Part shown: one piece after another, positions 54,781 to 64,000 of the stretch
How the letters are laid out: the number at the start of each line of letters is the position of its first letter
Numbering within the stretch: the stretch's first letter is position 1
Assembly: GCF_006345805.1 (NCBI RefSeq)
Contig: NC_042997.1
Span: 34,720,001-34,784,000, forward strand
From: Octopus sinensis
Lineage: Eukaryota
Reading direction: 5' to 3'
Length of the DNA stretch: 64,000 bases
Translations under genes and position numbers: made by a program
Notes under the pieces: model-generated
Database searches by the model: none
What the model was told of the DNA's origin: nothing
Seen by the model: the letters and a program-made list of their open reading frames with translations, nothing else

Positions 54781-57700
54781 TGTCACAAACATATTTTAAC
54801 TAACCTAATATTATTTAATATAAATGCACACACACATACACGCGTGTATATAAATGCATAAAATTTATTAAATGAGCCAAGGTAGAGAAGAAAGCAGTAA
54901 CAGAAAACTAGTCGAAGTTTAATAGTGGTGTTTGAACTCAATGCCCTAAGAGCAAAAATAGATAATTGTTCAGTCAATTGATTGTGCTTCTCAAACGAAA
55001 TACCATAAATACATTGTTTAACGAATTTATTTTATCTATACTGTCCATGGTCATTGGGAAAGTGAATGTAATAGTATTAGGTTTTTAGTGAAGCTAAATT
55101 TGTTATAGTGCTGCGATTGGCAGATTAAGATATATTCTAAAACCACAGCATCATAGTATTGCGTTTGGCCTCTACTGTAAATGTATGAAAACTTGTGTTT
55201 AGTTTTAATAAAAAAGAGGAAAAATTTAAATAAAATTAATTGCTTGGTTGTTTTTCACGCGACGATGGCACTTGATTATCGATAATAGCCATTATGTAAA
55301 TGTTAGCTAGGAAAACTTTTTGTATTATATTTTAATTAAACCACTCACAGGAATATAATTTATGTCCACAGCTTCTGGTCATAAGACTGATATAATTCAA
55401 TGTTGCTGAAATTGCGCTCACGAAAAGAACTAAATGCAATATGGTAGTTATTAGAAGACTGAACCGTGGCTGCATAGTTAAATAACCAGTGAGACGACAG
55501 TCAGACATCTATGGTTGTGAGACAGAATCTTGCCAAAATTTAGATAAGCGTATATTTACCCGACTATCGAGAAACTTAAATTGCCAACTGCAATGCTTTT
55601 CCTGCGGAACAATTTCGACCGAAAAAATAGGACAATGAAAAATACTTTCAACATGCTAGAGACTGAAACGTAATTATCTAAAGCCTAAACTAACAGGTGT
55701 ATAAATACACCTGTTAGTTTAGGCTTTATTATAAGTACATGAAAACGAGTGCTTACATATTTATATGCATAATATAAGCATAAATATGTACATATTATAA
55801 GCATTGATTTTGTGCAGGAAAAGAACGGCGCTAAAAAGGAATGCGTACCTGCCTTAACCACGTTCTGAGATATTCCAAAATCCATGATAAATGTTTTGCT
55901 ATCTTTTCGTCTATTTATATTAGTGTCTTATATTAACGTGCAAGCAAATATATATATGTGGTTCCTGATGCAGCAATATCCTGATTAAACAGAACAATAG
56001 GCGCAGAGCCTTAAAGATTCCTTGAAGACATGAGGCGCGTTATAAAAACCTGCCCAGCCAATTGTCTTCATTGCAAGAAACTATTACTAGCTATTATTTT
56101 CATACAATGTACATTAAATGCTATTTATCTCTCATTGGTTGGAATATTTTCTTCCTTGATCTTCCTTTAACGGTACAGTTATATATATATATATCTATAT
56201 CAACAATGGTTTTTTGGGATACATAATCGTTGTGGATATAGTGTTACCTTTTATCAGTTATCAATGGTGGCTAGCCACAGTGAATGTTGATGAAACTCAA
56301 GTTAGTTAAAATTTACTATACTCGGTCAATAGTCACTAGGTAAAACCTAATGTCCTTATAAGGACTGCATAGGGTCCGTAGAGAAAAAATATTCTAAAAT
56401 TAATGAAGACCTACGGACGTGCGTAGGTCTTGACGAAGAACGACGTGATTAACTGTATTATAAAACCTAACTCTTTATTAATATATGCGTTTCTGTATGT
56501 TTGTGTGTGTGTGTATGTGAGTGTGTGTATATATGAGGGGAGAGAGAGAAACAATGTCACTTAGAATGATATTTCTATTGTAAACAACAGAAAAAGGGAA
56601 AATAAATTATAAGATTTGTTGCGCGTTCAAGGTTGGCATATATATATAAACGGCCACAATTTAGAGGAAGAGTAAGTCTGAAAGGATGTTGACAATGATT
56701 CTTTAAGAAAGCAAGAAACAAAAATTTTTTGCTAATATGAGAATTTCACACTACACTATGTTCTGGTCCTTCACACTAAGAGTTTTTTTTTGCCGTATTA
56801 AAATAAAACTTTTATTTATTAATCAAATGAAATTTTTAAGGGTTGTACTTTGCCAATTTATCTGCTATACTATATTATTAGTACTTATCTTTTTGAGATT
56901 TGGAAAGGCAAAGCTTAAAACTATCAAGTTCGGTAGGACTCGAGTTTAGAGCTAAGAGGAACAATCGTTTGCTCAATCGATTCTCATAATCATTTAGTTA
57001 CTCAGTGTTGCTAGTCAAAGAAAGAAATATACTAGTTTGAATTTTGTTTGCTGTTATATTCCGACACAGAGAGCGCAGTTGGCTACACTTTAGATAAAGA
57101 AAGAATAAGATGCTAGTGATTCATGATCTCTGCAATTTTATTTTTTATGTGTATCACGTTTGTTCTTTCAGAACAGACATCGATAAGAATGAATAAATTC
57201 ATCCCCTAAATATGCTTAGAGTACAATGTTCATCTAACTTTAACCACATATGAGTAAATCTTAATAAGGAAATAGTTCGGTTTAGACTGGCTTTTCTTGC
57301 GGTTGCTCGTCAGTGACATTTTCTTGACCAGGGCTATAAATAAAATACCCCCTGATTGTAACATCATCATACAAATTTGACATTTTAAAGAAAATTTATG
57401 TATAAGTCTTTTTATATCAGGCGGGTAATTGAGTTAATCTTTGCTTAAACAACATCGTATTTTTCTCGAGGTTTGTACTGTTATGACATGATATAAGAAA
57501 TATGCTGTCACAGAAATTCTTCAATGAATTGTTGTATAACTATCTAAATTTGGGTGTTTTCACATTTAATAACTATTGGCAAAGAATCACAGTGGTTGGC
57601 TAAACTGAAATTGAAAGTTAATCTCAGTTGCTTAGTGGAAATAAAGAAAAGTCGTTTGGATTAGTTTAACTGCTACTGTAAAAGGGATTTTGAATATATT

Positions 57701-58491
57701 TAGAATTTTCTTGTGATCTTGGTTTGATGTACAGCTGCTGCATTTTGATTTATTTGTTGTCCTTACAGAATTAACTTATATAACAATAAATGTAATCTTC
57801 TGAGCTACAGGATCACTGCTAAGATGAGCCCAATGCAGTAACGTTTCAGCTTAATAGTATTCGTATAATTTGATATAAGATATGGCACGAAAGAAGCACA
57901 GCTGTCAAATGCTAAATAATTCCGTGACTAAAACTATGAGTTTCGTTTCGTCATCAATAACAGAACAAAAGAAGGCGAGGCTTTCCCAGCTGAGGAAAAT
58001 ATTAGAATTGAAACATGAAACTGAATTTTAGATCGTGCGTTTGCGTAGCGATTAATAAAATCTCTGAAGCGCTGGAGATGCTTTAGTTTATTGAACTTGG
58101 CTAAAACTTTCCGTGGCAGCAACACCACCTGAGCTGTAAAATCTTGGCAATTTTCCATTACCTTTAGTTTCAAGACGTAATTGAATCGATTTTGGAAATG
58201 TTCTATTTGAACACCTGTAGGGTTTATTGATTAGAGATAAACTGCTAACACTGGGATGGGACTTATGTAGAAACAGGATATAAGGATAACAAAATAACTA
58301 AATGAAACATACATATAGGATTTCACACTGAAAACTAAATAAGCGTGAACGCTCGTATACACACACTTGCATGATCCCGGAACAGACACACGCTTACATA
58401 CACTGACAGAGATGTATATATGCTGCGGAGCTAAATGCTAAATACATAGAAGGAAACACACACAATGCACACACAGACACACAGACACACA

Positions 58492-58524
<33 letters not shown>

Positions 58525-58904
58525 CACACACACACACACACACGCACAATCACAGACACAGGTGTCTGTATGAATGTAGTGGCTGCAAGTGTATTGGTGT
58601 GTGTATGTGTATACACGCAAGCAAACTTCTAATCTAATTATCTCCACTATCAAGTTAAATGATTAAACTGTCGATCGCCGTACAACAAGCTAGTTTGTGA
58701 GATAAGAAGAATTCGATCGCATTTGGAGATATGAAATTAATTTCGAACTCCATACTTGCATAGTAATGTTTCGAGGTATGGAAATGAGATAGGGTAAGGT
58801 TAATTTCTATTAGTAATATAACTTACGGTCAGTTATAAAGTTTATTAACAAGTATGGTGAAATCCAGCAAAGGCTAGAATTATCAACACACACACACACA
58901 TAGC

Positions 58905-58909
<5 letters not shown>

Positions 58910-58953
<44 letters not shown>

Positions 58954-59249
58954 ATATATATAAATATGAAGAGATATATTTATATATATGTACATATGCA
59001 TTTAAGCTATATATATGTAGAGATATATTTATATATATGTGTATATATATATATATATGTGTATATATATATATATATATATACATACATATATAATATA
59101 TATATACATACATACATACATATATATATATAATATATATATATATATACATACATAGAGACATATATATATATACATACATATATATATATTATATATA
59201 TATATATATACATACATAGAGACATATATATATATACATATATATATAC

Positions 59250-59310
<61 letters not shown>
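58910..59310. repeat. (TA)n-dominated compound microsatellite
   Basis: Seen directly. Confidence 0.95.
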
Positions 59311-59311
<1 letters not shown>

Positions 59312-60054
59312 ATAACGTATGCAAAAATGCATACGATATTGCTTTATAACCAAATGTGGGGTTAATTTGAGATCCTGCAGAAGTCCATCCATCCTCTGGA
59401 CTGAAAGCTTTATGAATTCTCACATCTTCCACCACCACCGCTATCGCTATTCTGCATTTGTCGCACATTTACATACGTAGTGGAAGACTCCCAGTCACTA
59501 ACATACAGAGAAATGCACAAACATACACATGTGGTACTCGATTATATTCAGGAAGCTATGCTACAACCTTAACTATGGAAAAGTTAGCTGTTTCAGAATT
59601 ACAAGTGTGAATGAAGCAATGGCAACAACAACAACAACAACAACAATACCAAGGGCAACAGTGGGGGGAAAAAGACATAAATGAGAAACTATATGCGAAT
59701 GGATATGTGGAAAAAAAATGAAAAAAAAAAAAGTTATATAGGAAAATGGAACAAACAAATTTAAACAAAAGCAAGCAGAAAAACAATAACATATAATAAG
59801 CTAAAGAGATATTAAATAAATATTTAAAAAATACTGATTCTAAATACAGCGATGAATACTCATCAATCTTGTTTCAGCACGCGTAGATTTTCACACATAA
59901 TTATTGATAGAGTGTTAAAAATAAACCAATTAGTATAGTGATTAAAATGCCTTCGGGTCCTCCCCGCGCCTCTACTAGTTTGGTGGTTAGCGTCTATATC
60001 GTATACTAAATAAAGTGGTTCATGATAATAATAATAATAGTAATAATAATAATG

Positions 60055-60146
<92 letters not shown>

Positions 60147-60149
<3 letters not shown>

Positions 60150-60399
60150 CAATTCCTATCATAGTAGGTGCATTAGGCATGATAAAAAAATATTCAGACA
60201 AATACATAACAAAAACACCAGGACTTACAAACACATATAACATACAGAAAATTGCACTACTAGGCACTGCACACATCCCACGCAGAACACTTTCCATACA
60301 ATAACCATCAGAGCATCACAACAAATCACAGCACATACCCAAGGCACACAGAGCTGCGCTCGGTAGTGAAGTGAAAGCACGCTATAAAAAATAAAACTA

Positions 60400-60402
<3 letters not shown>
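60147..60402 (+). mobile_element. R4/Dong family B, 5'-truncated 3' end within (TAA)n
   Basis: Near-identical to 39571-39785 apart from 40 extra nt; (AAT)n on both sides. Confidence 0.93.
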
Positions 60403-60452
<50 letters not shown>

Positions 60453-62500
60453 TGATGATGATGATGATGATGATAATGGATTCATATTTTGGCGCAATGT
60501 CAGCCGTTTTTTGGAGGGTGTAGAAGAGGGGGAAGTCGATTACATTAATTCCTTTGTTCATCTGGTATTTATTTTATCGAACGCAAAAGAATGAATGGTA
60601 AAGTTGAATTCAGTAGCTTCTGAACACTCAACGTATAAAGCTGAAATTTTCTCGAAATGTTATAAATGTTGATAGCTTGTTGTCTTCATAACAATTTATC
60701 CTAATGTTGGCACAAGATCAGCCGTTTCGAGGGCTCTGTTAAGTCGATTGCATTGAAGTCATTGGACATTTGTTCTTATTTTAAACTCTGAATGTAAAGA
60801 GGCAGAAGAAATGCCGCTAAGCATTTTGTTCGACGAACTTGCCAGCTCACCACTTCGGTTTCAATTTCTGGTGTGTAGATAACATGAAACAAAGTAGCTT
60901 CCACTAGCTGAAGCTACTAGTCAGTGAAATGGCTATTTTTGGATGTAGTCCAAGATAACTTTGTGTCAACCATGTTTTCCTAAATATTGAATATGTATTC
61001 AGTTTTGAACCTGAGTATTTAAGAGTCATCTAGGCTAAAATATATTCTGATTCTAAGGAATTCAAGTCCTCAAGATGCATCGTCGCTATGGTGATTATGA
61101 GTTTTGAATATAAAATTATTGAGTAAGCTATTGCTTACTATATATATTGCCTACTATATATATTAATACTATATAAATATGAAGAAAGAATGATATAGAA
61201 CATAAGTAGTTACACACACATTTACACGCACACCACATATAAACGTACTTACGCATGCACACACACATACACCCATCCATATACACATACACGCACATGA
61301 AAGCATAGGCGTAGTTATATATTAGGAGATAGGGTGCGCACAAAATATTTAGATGCGGAGTGTCTTAGATATACCAACAGCAATCGACAATCTGATCATT
61401 GTTCCCATCAACCTAACAAGACAATAAGCTACTTGTTTTATGACATATATAGTTTCACTTTCATTATCACTGGCATACTTTCAACGACCTCTTGTAATAT
61501 GTTCTGATAAAGTTCCGCTGAAGAATAAATTCAAAAGACAGACAACATAAAACCCGTTACAAAATCAATAGTTTACTGTGTACGGCTCCCGTATAGTTCT
61601 AACACACTGGCTCAGGAAGAAAACTCTTTCAACAGTAACTGTAAAACTATTCGAATGGGAATTAAATCAATAAAAAAAATGACATTATAGCGTATGTGTC
61701 AGCCACAAACGTTCAGTATTATTTTTAAAGAAGATAATTCCCACTGTCATTTTATATTTTTCAAAAAGTCACACTGGTTCACAACAATGATACTTATTTA
61801 TGATATTTCACTTTATATTCAACAAAAAAATCGTTAATTTGAAGGATTATTTCCAAATATTCACAGTGGAAAGCCATCTATATTACTTAGTTTAAATCGG
61901 CGTAGATACATTACATACGAGACTGGTGCTTTGTTACTCAACAACATTTGAGAATCCTAAGTAATTTTATGGCATTTTGAATTATTTGAGAGATGTAATG
62001 GAATGTATCATGCCTTTATTCCGATATGGCTGTGTAATTATAATCATTCTTTCATTTTATCTCCTGAAGGTCATATGCCTTATGTTTTGGTAGACAGAGC
62101 GGCGATGTCTCTGAAGTAAATTTGTGCAAAAGCTGTAAGATTTTCAAGCTGGAACAAAACGATCGCAGACCAACAGAATGGGAACTTATCTATTCCTCGG
62201 TAGAACTCGCCAAAATTATTTCCTTAATGTTACTCATTGAGAATATTTCAATAAATAAATTTCTCTAAATAAAGAGAAGTGCTTTGAATCTAGACAAGCA
62301 TAATGTTTCGATTTCTTTCAGTTTGGTTTCGGTTTGTCCTTAATAATAACTTTTGTAGTGTCAGTAACGGTTTTGTGAAACTAACTATGAGAGGAAGTGT
62401 AAGTTGTTTGCGGTGGAATCATTACTTTCTGTACAGGGCTTGTTCTGTAACCTGGATATTGTTTCTCACAATTTTTCTATACTTTAGTTAATATAAAATA

Positions 62501-62887
62501 CTAGCAGTATCGCCCGGCGTTGCTCGGGTTTGTAAGGGAAATAACTATATAAGCATTTTTAGAGAGTTATAGCCAAAAAATAGCAAAAAAAATGGAAAAA
62601 AATGATGGTAAATTTCTTTTTAAATCGTTGACTTATCGTAGACATTTTTAGAGAGTTACTTCCCTTATATAATAGCGAAAAAATGCATTAAAATGGAAAA
62701 AAATGATGGTAAATTATTTTAAAAATCGTAGACTCATCGTAGACGCGCGCTAATACCCAGAAGGGCTTGATATGAATCACGACTATACGATACCCGCTTT
62801 TGGTTACACTGCACCGCAAAATGTGGGAGTAGTTAGGAATCTAAATCATAGGAGACAGACACACAACTTCACTTTTATATATAAAGA
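62501..62887 (-). mobile_element. Non-autonomous Helitron with an internal ~105-bp tandem duplication
   Basis: A|TCTTTATATATAAAAGTG...cccgagcaacgccggg (hairpin) cgatactgCTAG|T. Confidence 0.9.
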
Positions 62888-63805
62888 TATGGCTAAATGT
62901 ATCATTCCTTGAAGAAAATATCTTACGTCTAATTGGAAGAAATAAATCTTTCGACAGGTGTGGCGAGCGCCGGAACGCTAGATTTGTACCTAAACATCTA
63001 ATTTTGATTTCAGGTTAACTTAGCTTATAACTATTGATGTCGCCACTTTAAAGTAAAAAGAATGTATTTCACCACTGAAAGACTCCAGTTAAATCCAGTT
63101 TACAAACATGATGGACTCTCACTCTATTTCCTGCATTAATCAATCGGCAACAGAAGACAAAAGGAGTTAAAATCAAAATATTCTGTTACCGCAATTTAGA
63201 AAAAGTTGTAAAAAACTATTTGGATGTAAAGAAAACCTGGTTTCTGGAAAAGGGTGACAATGTCCAACGAAATAATAGTTTATGTTCATTATATCACGTT
63301 ATTGAGGGCGCTGTATGACAAAGTTGAGAACGCGAAGTATTGAAAAGATTGCTGTATATTTTGAGTTCAACTCCTATCAGAATTGATATAATTGACTATA
63401 ATATCTACACAATGTTGATGTCCTGCTAAAATAAAAGAACACGATTCTATGTTATCAGGATTAAACATCACACAGTATGACTAAAAAGGAACTAAATATT
63501 TTAATATTTTCTATTTTGATGAACGATATTTTCAGCTTCAAATCTCATCGGGACGAATTTTTCTCTTGAATTCTGCGACGATTGAATAATTTCCAATAAT
63601 TGTGTCTGTAAAACAAGACACAATCCCTACAATTCTAAGAGAAGACGGCAAGCCGATACAATTGAATGTAAAGTTGATCCCGATGCTATTTACAGCTAGA
63701 AGAAACATCGTTGAGAACTTTGTGTGACGACCTAACAATTTTGCCATGGCACTACCCTTAAGTAATTTCACACTACTACCACTACTACTACTACTACTAC
63801 TACTA

Positions 63806-63847
<42 letters not shown>

Positions 63848-63849
<2 letters not shown>

Positions 63850-64000
63850 TTTTGTTTCAGTCATTTGACTGCGGTTATGCTGCAGCACCACCTTTAGTCG
63901 AAGAAATCGACCCCAAAACTTCTCCTTTGTAAGCTTAGTACTTATTTTATCGATCTCTTTTGCCGAACCACTAAGTTACTGGAGCATAAACATGCCAGCA
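63848..64000 (-). mobile_element. SINE family B 3' part, cut by the window edge, next to (CTA)n
   Basis: tttgtttcagtcatttgactgcggttatgctgcagcaccacctttagtcgaagaaatcgacccc is the reverse complement of the family B tail. Confidence 0.85.

Overview
AT-rich, microsatellite-saturated eukaryotic DNA. The repeat repertoire (tRNA-headed SINEs with internal (TA)/(TG)n tracts, R4/Dong-type LINEs in (TAA)n, Helitrons) points to an octopod cephalopod such as Octopus (inference, not database-checked). The only well-supported host coding sequence is one minus-strand exon (5108-5298) of a Cys-loop/nicotinic acetylcholine receptor-like gene, encoding TM3 and the start of the cytoplasmic loop. I found no other exon of it, so most of the window is probably intron. 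The rest is mobile DNA: at least four RLE-type (R4/Dong) LINE families, two of them in tandem at 34.3-39.8 kb; RTE and CR1 fragments; a decayed Rep-helicase Helitron and two non-autonomous Helitrons; a mariner remnant; and several SINE families. Highlights: (i) a tRNA-headed SINE carrying a hammerhead-ribozyme-like core, present as a head-to-head dimer (54.2-54.8 kb), plus other small or fold-back elements with hammerhead-like cores; (ii) a 5'-inverted RTE insertion bracketed by a 13-bp TSD (twin-priming signature); (iii) a SINE with two alternative tails, one matching the RTE 3' end in this window. Nearly all other ORFs in the track are microsatellite or antisense artefacts.
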